This document shows positions 22,593 to 31,610 of a stretch of DNA of 64,000 nucleotides, piece by piece. The notes beneath the pieces were generated by a model, which saw only the letters and a program-made list of their open reading frames with translations, ran no database searches and had not been told where the DNA came from. Each line of letters begins with the position of its first letter. Position 1 is the first letter of the stretch. The position numbers and the translations under genes were made by a program. Source of the DNA: an uncultured Methanolobus sp. (GTDB lineage Archaea; Halobacteriota; Methanosarcinia; Methanosarcinales; Methanosarcinaceae); assembly GCA_963675495.1 (NCBI GenBank), contig OY776215.1, positions 1,472,001-1,536,000 of the forward strand, read 5' to 3'.

Positions 22593-23129
22593 ATGACACA
22601 CATTAAAATTCCTAAAGAGCGAGTTGGCGCCATAATTGGACCAAAAGGCCGCGTCAAGCAGATAATAGAAAGCAAATCAACAGCTAAACTGGACATAGAC
22701 AGTGATAGCGGAGTTGTAGAGATTATCCCCGGAGATGATCCAGTTGGCGCAATGAAAGCTGCAGACGTAGTCAACGCCATTGCCAGAGGCTTCAATCCGG
22801 ACAAGACATTTACAATGTTCGATGATGACATGCTAATGCTCGAAGTGATTGACATTTCAAAACATGCAAATACACAAAAAGACCTGCTTCGCCTCAAAGG
22901 AAGGATAATAGGAAAAGGCGGAAAGACAAGGGAAATAACTGAGAGACTGATAGGCATAAAGATGTCGGTCTATGGAAAGACCGTAAGTGTAATCGGAACA
23001 CCCGAACAGAACCAAATAGCAAGAACATCCATTGAAATGCTCATAGAAGGAGCAAACCATGGAAGCGTATACAGCTATCTTGAGAAAAAGAGACAGGATT
23101 TGATTCAGTCCCAGCTTGACTCCTACTAA
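22593..23129 (+). CDS. KH-domain RNA-binding protein (Dim2/Pno1-like)
   Basis: VGAIIGPKG and GRIIGKGG KH GxxG loops; downstream of rio1. Confidence 0.9.
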   Translation: MTHIKIPKERVGAIIGPKGRVKQIIESKSTAKLDIDSDSGVVEIIPGDDPVGAMKAADVVNAIARGFNPDKTFTMFDDDMLMLEVIDISKHANTQKDLLRLKGRIIGKGGKTREITERLIGIKMSVYGKTVSVIGTPEQNQIARTSIEMLIEGANHGSVYSYLEKKRQDLIQSQLDSY

Positions 23130-23202
23130 GAGATATGACACAGTAGTATGTCTCCCAGAAAATATTAATACTTCTTAATCATAATTTATTAGAGGCACAC
23201 AG

Positions 23203-23898
23203 ATGAGAGGATATACTAATAGTTCCGAAATAAGAACCTATGCAGCGTTCATGCTAATATTGCTCCCTACGGCAGCACTTTGCTACAAAGGACAGCTATC
23301 TATCGGAACTATTGGCTCTACACCACTTATTATACTTATTTTCACAATGATCAGTGGATCTGTAATAGAGATACCAATAACAACAATACGCTCTAAAAAA
23401 CCGGAGCAGCTTTTCAAATACGCACCTATTCTTGAAGATATTTACTCGGTCCCAATAGTGAAAGAACTAAGCATTGGAAAACAGAGAGTTTTTGATACAA
23501 CACTAACCATAAACGTAGGAGGGGCAATTGTACCAGCCCTTGCATCAATATACCTGTTGCTAACGCAACCTAACAACACAGCTCTTGAAATTATGCTCAT
23601 TGTGCTAGTTTCAGTTATCCTGCTATCAGGACCAATAGCCGGAGTTGGAACAATAATACCCGAATACATCGGGCTAATAGCACTCCCATTTGCACTCATA
23701 ATCGCACCGGAAAATGCAGCATCAATAACATTCATTGCAGGAGTTGGAGGCATAATTATTGGCAATATAATATCAGTTGTTACGTTCAATAAAGAAAAAA
23801 CAGGTAGTGCTTTTATAAGCATTGGAGGAGTCGGGGCTTTCAAACCCATATACATTACAACAATAATTGCCAGTTTGATATCATATTTCATCTATTGA
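23203..23898 (+). CDS. DUF1614-like membrane protein
   Basis: INVGGAIVP and SIGGVGAF motifs, hydrophobic. Confidence 0.7.
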   Translation: MRGYTNSSEIRTYAAFMLILLPTAALCYKGQLSIGTIGSTPLIILIFTMISGSVIEIPITTIRSKKPEQLFKYAPILEDIYSVPIVKELSIGKQRVFDTTLTINVGGAIVPALASIYLLLTQPNNTALEIMLIVLVSVILLSGPIAGVGTIIPEYIGLIALPFALIIAPENAASITFIAGVGGIIIGNIISVVTFNKEKTGSAFISIGGVGAFKPIYITTIIASLISYFIY

Positions 23899-24789
23899 CA
23901 TGCCCAGCCTCTCTGCCCGACGCTTTTCAATTCTATCCTGTAAGACCTTAGAAGGGATATTAAGAGCTCTGTATTTAGCTATGCCATTGTTTGTAAAGCG
24001 GAATGGCTGAGGAGTATGATCCACACGAGTTGCCCTCATTTTCTGAACTGCCATTACAGGCATAGGAGTCGTGTCAATATCATTTGTCTGAATGAAGTCA
24101 AGGAAGATGACACCATCACCCAGAAAATCAAAATCATCATATTGTTTTGTTTCAATACCATAAGCCTTTTCAGTTACAAGAATCGCAGTGGTCATATTCT
24201 TTTTAAGCAATCTGTGAAGACCACGCCATGAAGTAGAGGTCCTAAAATCACCGGGCGCAGTAAGGACATTCATAGAATCAAAAACTACCCGATCAGGTTT
24301 ATGCGAATCAAGTATTTCCATCATTTCTTCAGAAGTAAGCATAGATATCCCGAATATCTCAAGATAACCATCATCAATATACTTGCCAACATCCCATCCA
24401 AATCGTGCAAAATGTTGGACAAGCTGTTGTGCCCTTTCTTCGAATGAAAAGAAAATACACCTTTCACCGTTTTTGGCGCCTTCCATTAAATACTGCATGG
24501 ACAGAGTAGTCTTACCAGTGCCAGGAGGACCAGTTATAACTACAGAAAATCCTTTAGGAAAGCCCCCCTCCAGAAAATCATCCATCCCAGGGACACCAGT
24601 AGTCACCCTTTTGATCAAACGATCGATATTCTGAGTATCAAGCTTTGCTTTGAAACGTGTAGAATCAAGATTAAGAAGTGCTTTTTCAAGTACTACATTT
24701 TTTGCGCCAAGTTCCTTCTCATATCTCTCAAGGACTTTTATTGCATCTGCGCTCAATGTAGTATGGATTGGGAATTTGGTTTTCATCAC
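23881..24789 (-). CDS. KaiC/RAD55-like ATPase with N-terminal extension
   Basis: TGVPGMD..GG, GPPGTGKT, SFEE, VVFDS, KMR. Confidence 0.88.
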   Translation of the reverse strand: MMKTKFPIHTTLSADAIKVLERYEKELGAKNVVLEKALLNLDSTRFKAKLDTQNIDRLIKRVTTGVPGMDDFLEGGFPKGFSVVITGPPGTGKTTLSMQYLMEGAKNGERCIFFSFEERAQQLVQHFARFGWDVGKYIDDGYLEIFGISMLTSEEMMEILDSHKPDRVVFDSMNVLTAPGDFRTSTSWRGLHRLLKKNMTTAILVTEKAYGIETKQYDDFDFLGDGVIFLDFIQTNDIDTTPMPVMAVQKMRATRVDHTPQPFRFTNNGIAKYRALNIPSKVLQDRIEKRRAERLGMSIDEI

Positions 24790-24869
24790 ACCACCATATG
24801 CACATAATACGCCATTATATATTTAAAGTGTTATGGTAATGTGAACATACATAAATTATTATGAACACA

Positions 24870-26231
24870 TCAGTCTGAGATAAAACCTTCACCAGGAAGG
24901 AAATTTCCGCGGCCTCTTGATGCTATTAACTCCCCATCCCATACCACCTCACCTCGCGCTATCGTGAATTCTGGGAAAATACCATCCATACCTTCATAGG
25001 GCGTCCATCCAGCTTTACTATGAAGATCATCACCTTTTATTTCAGTGACATTCCCCGGGTCAACTACTATAATATCAGCATCAGAGCCTTCGGCAAAAAC
25101 GCCCTTAGAATATCGATCAAGACCGAATATCCTTGCAGGATTCCTGCTGGTCACTTCTATCATGCGCCCCAGAGGAATAAGGTTCCTTTTGACCGCAACA
25201 AGCATCAGAGGCATTAATGTTTCAACGCCCGGGACACCAGAAGGAGCAGTTTTGATATCCTGATCCTTTTCAGCTTCTGTGTGCGGCGCATGGTCAGAAG
25301 CCACTACATCTATAGTGCCATCATTAAGAGAATTCAGAAGCATTTTGACACTCCTGCGGTCCCTGAGAGGAGGATTCATCCTGCCAAATGAGCCCAGTCT
25401 TTCCCAATCCTTAGTTGAAAGGAACAGGTGATGCGGCGCAGCTTCACTTGTAATAGTAGGAGATATACCACTTTTAGTAGCAAAATATCGTTCTTTGCGC
25501 AAAAGTCCAGTGGATTCAAAAGCACTTATGTGACAAAAATGAGCCTTAGCACCATTCTTCTTAATCAACTGTATAGCTTTTTCAACAGCAAAAGCCTCAC
25601 AGTGATTAGGGCGCGCCCTTGAGTGAGAGTCGGGCGACATGTCATTTTTCAGGAAAGCCTCACATTCAAGCCTTATCTTATCATCTTCAGCATGAATACA
25701 GGCAAGTGCATCAAGCTGCTTAAGTACAGCCAGTGCTTCATCAAGACATTTCTCATCTATATTCAAAGCGCCTGTGGATTCGGCCATAAATATTTCTCCA
25801 AAGGCACTTGCCCCAAGCTCCCAAAGCTCAGGAAGTTTTTCAATGTTACCCGTAACTCCCCCATAAATACCGAAATCCACAACTGAATTACGATTTGCAA
25901 TCTTCAGTTTTTCCTTGAAAGATTTTCTGTCGATGGTCGGAGGAATGGTATTTGGGTGATCAATAACCGTCGTTATTCCACCTGCTGCTGCCGAACACGA
26001 ACCAGTGTACCAGTCTTCTTTTTCAGTCAGGCCAGGGTCCCTGAAATGAACATGGACATCTATCCCCGCAGGTAATGTCAATGAACCTTTTGCATCAATT
26101 GTCTGGTTCAACCTCTGGGCATCTATCTTTTTAGATATTTGAATGATCTTGCCATCTTCAATCAGGACTTCGGCTGGCTGAAGATAATTATTGAAAAATA
26201 CTTTTGTGTTCTTGATCAGAATATCAGGCAT
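24870..26231 (-). CDS. pyrC: Dihydroorotase
   Basis: IDVHVHFRDPG, PNTIP, NPPLR, SDHAPH, GVPGVET. Confidence 0.88.
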   Translation of the reverse strand: MPDILIKNTKVFFNNYLQPAEVLIEDGKIIQISKKIDAQRLNQTIDAKGSLTLPAGIDVHVHFRDPGLTEKEDWYTGSCSAAAGGITTVIDHPNTIPPTIDRKSFKEKLKIANRNSVVDFGIYGGVTGNIEKLPELWELGASAFGEIFMAESTGALNIDEKCLDEALAVLKQLDALACIHAEDDKIRLECEAFLKNDMSPDSHSRARPNHCEAFAVEKAIQLIKKNGAKAHFCHISAFESTGLLRKERYFATKSGISPTITSEAAPHHLFLSTKDWERLGSFGRMNPPLRDRRSVKMLLNSLNDGTIDVVASDHAPHTEAEKDQDIKTAPSGVPGVETLMPLMLVAVKRNLIPLGRMIEVTSRNPARIFGLDRYSKGVFAEGSDADIIVVDPGNVTEIKGDDLHSKAGWTPYEGMDGIFPEFTIARGEVVWDGELIASRGRGNFLPGEGFISD

Positions 26232-26301
26232 AGTGTCCTATATCCTATTGGAAGTATATGCCCTTTATGATAGTAACCAACAAGACAAATTAGTGACAGT
26301 A

Positions 26302-26330
26302 ATATATAGATATATAGCGACTATATATAC
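26302..26330. promoter_or_regulatory. Candidate phosphate-regulon operator upstream of pstS
   Basis: ATATATAG x2 then inverted CTATATAT; ACTATATATAC also at 30875. Confidence 0.4.
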
Positions 26331-26444
26331 ATACCATTCAAACATAGATTCTGTATGCATATATATTGTACAGACATAACCCTTATGTATCGATTTTGTT
26401 ATGATTCACTGACAAGTTAAATTAACGAAATGGTGAACTAGAAT

Positions 26445-27341
26445 ATGATATCTGGAAAATTATTAAAGAACATTACAATTTGTTCTATGGTACTGTTAAT
26501 TATTGCAACTGCATTCATTGGAATCGGTTGTGTCGACCAGGAAGAAACAAGCGCAGGCGAAACAGAGGATGTTGCATCAGAACCTGCAAGTATGATCATA
26601 AAGGGTTCAGACACTGTGCTCCCACTTTCCCAGGCAGAAGCTGAAGAATTCATGTACGCTAACCCCGACACAAGTATCACAGTTATCGGTGGTGGCTCTG
26701 GAGTAGGAATTGCTGCACTTATCGATGGTGAGATAGAGGTTGCAATGGCTTCAAGACAGATCAAGGACTCCGAGATGGAAAATGCACAGGCAAATGGAAT
26801 TAACCCTGTAGAACATGTTATTGCATGGGATGGAATCGCAGTCGTAGTAAACCCTGAGAATCCAGTAACAGAACTCACATTCGAACAGCTCAAGAGCATT
26901 TATGACGGAAGTGTAAGCAACTGGGCAGACGTAGGTGGTGAGGATCTTGCAATCACAGTAATCACACGTGACAGCAGTTCAGGAACCTACGGATACTTCC
27001 AGGAAGAAGTACTTCTTGATGAAGAATATCGTCAGGATGCACTTGTACAGCCAGCTACCGGTGCGATCGTACAGGAAGTTGCACAGAACACAGGAGCCAT
27101 AGGATACATCGGCTACGCATACCTTGATGAAAGTGTCGCAGCACTCGCACTTGATGGTGGAGAAGGTTTTGTAGAAGCTACCCCTGAGAACATTATGAGC
27201 GGTGACTACCCACTTGCAAGACCACTTCACTACTACACTAACGGTGAACCAGCAGGACTTGCAAAGGAATACCTTGACTACGTATTAAGTTCCACAGGAC
27301 AGGACATAGTTTCTGATGTTGGATACTTCCCGGTGAATTAA
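26445..27341 (+). CDS. pstS: Phosphate ABC transporter substrate-binding lipoprotein
   Basis: Lipobox GIGC, GSDTV, GGGSGVG, RDSSSGT. Confidence 0.93.
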   Translation: MISGKLLKNITICSMVLLIIATAFIGIGCVDQEETSAGETEDVASEPASMIIKGSDTVLPLSQAEAEEFMYANPDTSITVIGGGSGVGIAALIDGEIEVAMASRQIKDSEMENAQANGINPVEHVIAWDGIAVVVNPENPVTELTFEQLKSIYDGSVSNWADVGGEDLAITVITRDSSSGTYGYFQEEVLLDEEYRQDALVQPATGAIVQEVAQNTGAIGYIGYAYLDESVAALALDGGEGFVEATPENIMSGDYPLARPLHYYTNGEPAGLAKEYLDYVLSSTGQDIVSDVGYFPVN

Positions 27342-27365
27342 AATCATCCGGTATCAGAGGAATAG

Positions 27366-28253
27366 ATGTCGAATAGATACCTTAAGGAAAAGGGCATTGA
27401 GTCATTGCTCTTTGCATCAGGAGCGGTGGCAGTAGTTGCCCTTTTCCTCCTTTGTATATTTTTATTCCGCGATGGATTACTCCTATTTGAAGAATATCCA
27501 TTCAGTAGTTTTTTAACTGATACAAAGTGGTTCCCTACATCAGATCCCGAACATTTCGGGCTTTTACCACTATTTTTGGGATCCCTGATAGTAACTGTAG
27601 GAGCAATACTATTTTCAGTACCACTGGGAATAGCAGCAGCAATATACATATCAGAACTTGCTAACCCGAAAGTTGCCAGTTTTTTAAAACCAATTACCGA
27701 AATACTTGCAGGCATACCATCTGTGGTTTATGGATTCTTTGGCCTTGTAGTACTGGTCCCTGTTGTCCAGAAAACACTGCAAATACCAACCGGACAAACA
27801 GCCCTGACCGGATCTATAATGCTTGGAATAATGGCATTACCCACAATAATATCCATATCAGAAGATGCCATCAGCTCAGTTCCAAGAGCAATAAAAGAAG
27901 GATCACTTGCGCTTGGATCCACAAAATGGCAGACAATATACAAAGTAACAGTACCTGCAGCGCTTTCAGGAATATCAGCAGCTGTCATGCTTGGAATTGG
28001 AAGAGCTATCGGCGAAACAATGACAGTGATGATGGTAACAGGAAATTCAGCCGTAATCCCGGGATTCCCCTCTGGACTGTTTGCACCTGTTAGAACCATG
28101 ACAGCTACCATTGCACTGGAAATGGGAGAAGTGCCCCAGGGAAGTGATCACTTTCATGCACTTTTTGCAATCGGTTCTGTACTTTTCATAACTACATTCA
28201 TAATCAACATCATAGCCAACTACATAAAAAGGAGATATAGGTTCGACCTGTGA
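27366..28253 (+). CDS. pstC: Phosphate ABC transporter permease
   Basis: LAGIPSVVYG, RAIGETM. Confidence 0.93.
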   Translation: MSNRYLKEKGIESLLFASGAVAVVALFLLCIFLFRDGLLLFEEYPFSSFLTDTKWFPTSDPEHFGLLPLFLGSLIVTVGAILFSVPLGIAAAIYISELANPKVASFLKPITEILAGIPSVVYGFFGLVVLVPVVQKTLQIPTGQTALTGSIMLGIMALPTIISISEDAISSVPRAIKEGSLALGSTKWQTIYKVTVPAALSGISAAVMLGIGRAIGETMTVMMVTGNSAVIPGFPSGLFAPVRTMTATIALEMGEVPQGSDHFHALFAIGSVLFITTFIINIIANYIKRRYRFDL

Positions 28254-29116
28254 TAACCATGTTCTCCAATGCAAAACTCAATGAAAAAATAGCCTTTACG
28301 CTATTAAAAATCGCAACTGGAATGGTTGTTGCATTTGTACTGGTAATCCTGTATTATATCATATCCAATGGATACAGTGCCCTCAGTTTCGAATTTATAA
28401 CCAGCATGCCCAAAAACAGAATGACAGAGGGCGGCATTTACCCGGCAATAGTAGGAACCATGTACCTGATAGCAGGTTCAATGGCAGTTGCCCTGCCACT
28501 AGGAATGCTAGCTGCCATTTATCTTACAGAGTACGCAAAGCCCGGAAAAACCACATGGGCAATTGAAATGGCAATCAGTAACCTTGCAGGAACACCTTCT
28601 GTAGTCTTCGGGCTGTTTGGTCTTGCAATGTTTGTGAAATATCTGGACCTTGGAGCCTCCATACTTTCTGCCTCTTTAACACTCGCACTGTTGATCCTGC
28701 CCGTAATAATAAGAGCAAGTCAGGAAGCCCTCCTGACCGTTCCCAAAGAATATAGGGAAGCTTCACTTGCGCTTGGGGTCACTAAGTGGGAAACCATCAG
28801 AAGAGTAGTTCTGCCTGCTGCAATTCCCGGAATGATAACCGGTGCAATACTTAGTATTGGAAGAGTTGCAGGAGAAACTGCACCAATATTGCTTACAGGA
28901 GCAGCCTACTTCCTCCCAAGACTGCCAAATTCTGTGTATTCACAATTCATGGCATTACCATACCATCTGTATGTACTTGCTACCTCAGGCACAAGCATTG
29001 CGCAGACAAGACCAATACAATACGGCACAGCACTCATACTGCTTATAATCGTACTTTGTGTGAACGTTGTTGCAGTAAGTCTAAGATCACACTACAGGAA
29101 AAAATTACAGAGATAA
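28250..29116 (+). CDS. pstA: Phosphate ABC transporter permease
   Basis: LAGTPSVVFGLFG, REASLALG, GETAP. Confidence 0.93.
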   Translation: MITMFSNAKLNEKIAFTLLKIATGMVVAFVLVILYYIISNGYSALSFEFITSMPKNRMTEGGIYPAIVGTMYLIAGSMAVALPLGMLAAIYLTEYAKPGKTTWAIEMAISNLAGTPSVVFGLFGLAMFVKYLDLGASILSASLTLALLILPVIIRASQEALLTVPKEYREASLALGVTKWETIRRVVLPAAIPGMITGAILSIGRVAGETAPILLTGAAYFLPRLPNSVYSQFMALPYHLYVLATSGTSIAQTRPIQYGTALILLIIVLCVNVVAVSLRSHYRKKLQR

Positions 29117-29162
29117 TTCCAGTCAACTCCCAATTTTACATAAAGATCAAAGAGGATAATAC

Positions 29163-29933
29163 ATGCCAGAAACTTACGAAAACGGTACAGAAATAGAGGT
29201 CAAAGACCTTAACCTCTGGTACGGAGATAACCATGCTCTCCACGACATATCAATAGATATTCCAAAAAATAGCGTCACTGCATTTATTGGCCCATCAGGA
29301 TGTGGAAAATCCACATTCCTAAGGTGTCTGAACAGGATGAACGATCTAATTCCAACTTGCCGTATAGAAGGCCAGGTAAACATTAGTGATGAGGACATAT
29401 ATACTAAAGAAATGGATGTCGTTGACCTCAGAAAAAGAGTAGGCATGGTATTCCAGAAACCAAATCCATTTCCAATGTCCATTTTCGATAATATTGCATA
29501 CGGTCCTCGTATCCATGGAATGGATAAAAAGAAGATGGGAAAAATTGTGGAGAATGCACTTGAATCAGGTGCACTTTTTGATGAAGTATCTGACAGGTTG
29601 AATGTTTCAGCGCTGGACCTAAGTGGTGGTCAGCAACAGAGATTATGCATTGCAAGAACACTCGCAGTAAAACCTGAGGTCATACTTTTTGATGAACCGT
29701 GCAGCGCACTGGACCCCATATCCACCAGTAAAATTGAAGATCTTATATTAGAGCTTAAAAAAGAGTATACAATTGTTATTGTAACACATAATATGCAACA
29801 AGCTGCCAGGATATCTGACTATACAGCATTCTTCCTGCTGGGCGATCTTATAGAATTCGGAAAGACAAACCAAATATTTGAAAATCCACAGATGAAAGAA
29901 ACGGAAGATTATATCACCGGCAGATTCGGGTGA
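29163..29933 (+). CDS. pstB: Phosphate ABC transporter ATPase
   Basis: [29 protein letters not shown]. Confidence 0.95.
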   Translation: MPETYENGTEIEVKDLNLWYGDNHALHDISIDIPKNSVTAFIGPSGCGKSTFLRCLNRMNDLIPTCRIEGQVNISDEDIYTKEMDVVDLRKRVGMVFQKPNPFPMSIFDNIAYGPRIHGMDKKKMGKIVENALESGALFDEVSDRLNVSALDLSGGQQQRLCIARTLAVKPEVILFDEPCSALDPISTSKIEDLILELKKEYTIVIVTHNMQQAARISDYTAFFLLGDLIEFGKTNQIFENPQMKETEDYITGRFG

Positions 29934-29939
29934 ACTAAA

Positions 29940-30590
29940 ATGACACGCACATTGTTTCAGCAAAACCTAGAAAGCCTTAAAGGATACATCAGTAAAATGG
30001 GAGAACTATCCCATGAAGCACTCGTTAATTCAGTACAAGCCCTTAGTACACATGATTTGGAACTTGGAGAAAAGGTCATTCAAGGCGACGAAATAATTGA
30101 TGAGTACGAATTAAAGATTGAAAAATGTGTCACACAATTGATCTCACGCCAGAATCCAACAGCAGGAGATATGAGACTTGTGATTTCCTGCTTCAAAATA
30201 GCAATCGATCTCGAAAGAATGAGTGACCTTGCTGTGGATATTGCCAGCATTACCAAGTGCATAAAACAAGAAAACACAGAACCATTAGACAATATATTAA
30301 AAATGGCTGAACTGTGTGATGAAATATTGAAACAGACACTCAAAGCATTTGAGATACTTGATAAAGAACTGGCACGTGCAACTGCCTTAAAAGATGACGA
30401 GATTGACAAGCTATTTTATGGAACACAGACAAAACTCATTGAAATGATGCGTGAAGACAAAGCAATGATCAGCAATGCATCTTACCTTCTACTGATACTC
30501 CGCTACCTTGAAAGATTCGGAGATCACGCATGTAATATATGTGAAAGTATTTTCTATATTACGGAAGGTCAGAGAGTAGATCTCAATTAA
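29940..30590 (+). CDS. phoU: Phosphate signalling protein PhoU (copy 1)
   Basis: QNPTAGDMR, DLERMSD, LERFGDHACNICE. Confidence 0.92.
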   Translation: MTRTLFQQNLESLKGYISKMGELSHEALVNSVQALSTHDLELGEKVIQGDEIIDEYELKIEKCVTQLISRQNPTAGDMRLVISCFKIAIDLERMSDLAVDIASITKCIKQENTEPLDNILKMAELCDEILKQTLKAFEILDKELARATALKDDEIDKLFYGTQTKLIEMMREDKAMISNASYLLLILRYLERFGDHACNICESIFYITEGQRVDLN

Positions 30591-30601
30591 GTTCAGAGCA
30601 A

Positions 30602-30657
30602 ATTGTAGATAGCACTCATAAAAGTCCGGCAGGAAATAGAGACCTGCTATCTACAAT
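30602..30657 (+). terminator. 13-bp stem after the pst operon
   Basis: ATTGTAGATAGCA...TGCTATCTACAAT followed by T-tracts. Confidence 0.5.
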
Positions 30658-30959
30658 AAACGACCATTTTACTTTCTTTTTTATAAAAATATGGGAAAGA
30701 ATCCCAAACATTCTGGAATTAAACTTCCTTTAAATTAATACTGTTTATGGCATTTGCCATATAACCATCAGCTCGTTTCATAAATGCCCCTGAAGAGTAA
30801 ATCCAGATACTCACAAATAATATTGTTGCGTGAATATTAATATGGAAAATGATATATACAAAGCAAATAAATAAACTATATATACCTATATATGACTAAA
30901 TAAAATAAATATGGCAGACCAATGCAAATCAAAATAATAAGAAAGATTCAGGTGAAAAA

Positions 30960-31610
30960 ATGACACGTACAAAATATCATGAAACACTCGATGTTTTAAA
31001 AAATGACGTAACAAATATGGGCAATCTCGCACATGCTGCCATAAATAACTCCATTATATCTTTGAAAGAACTAGACATTGATCTTGCAGAAAGCGTTATT
31101 GAAGGAGATCAGGAAATTGACGATTATGAAATGAAAATCGAGAAAGCCATTTCCCAGATCATAGCACTTCAAAGTCCTACTGCAGGAGACATGAGACTGG
31201 TTACATCATGCCTTAAAATAGCAATTGACATCGAAAGGATGAGTGATCTCGCAGTAAATATCGCAAAGATAACTGAGGAAATCGAAGGAGAACATGTCAA
31301 GCCTCTTGTAGACATACCAAAAATGGCAGAATCCGCCAATATCATGCTTGAGCAGGCAATGAAAGCTTTTGCAAATAATGATATGGAACTGGCAGAGTCA
31401 ACTGCAAAAAGAGATGATGAGATCGATAGAACATTCTATGCAATAGAAAAAGATTTAATTGAGATGATGATAAAAGATGACAGCATAATAACCAATGCAT
31501 CGCACCTTCTGTTCGTACTCCGCTATATTGAAAGGATAGGTGACCACGCCTGCAACATTTGTGAAAGTGTGGTATATAGCGCATCTGGAAAAAGATTAGA
31601 TCTGAATTAA
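30960..31610 (+). CDS. phoU: Phosphate signalling protein PhoU (copy 2)
   Basis: QSPTAGDMR, DIERMSD, IERIGDHACNICE. Confidence 0.92.
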   Translation: MTRTKYHETLDVLKNDVTNMGNLAHAAINNSIISLKELDIDLAESVIEGDQEIDDYEMKIEKAISQIIALQSPTAGDMRLVTSCLKIAIDIERMSDLAVNIAKITEEIEGEHVKPLVDIPKMAESANIMLEQAMKAFANNDMELAESTAKRDDEIDRTFYAIEKDLIEMMIKDDSIITNASHLLFVLRYIERIGDHACNICESVVYSASGKRLDLN

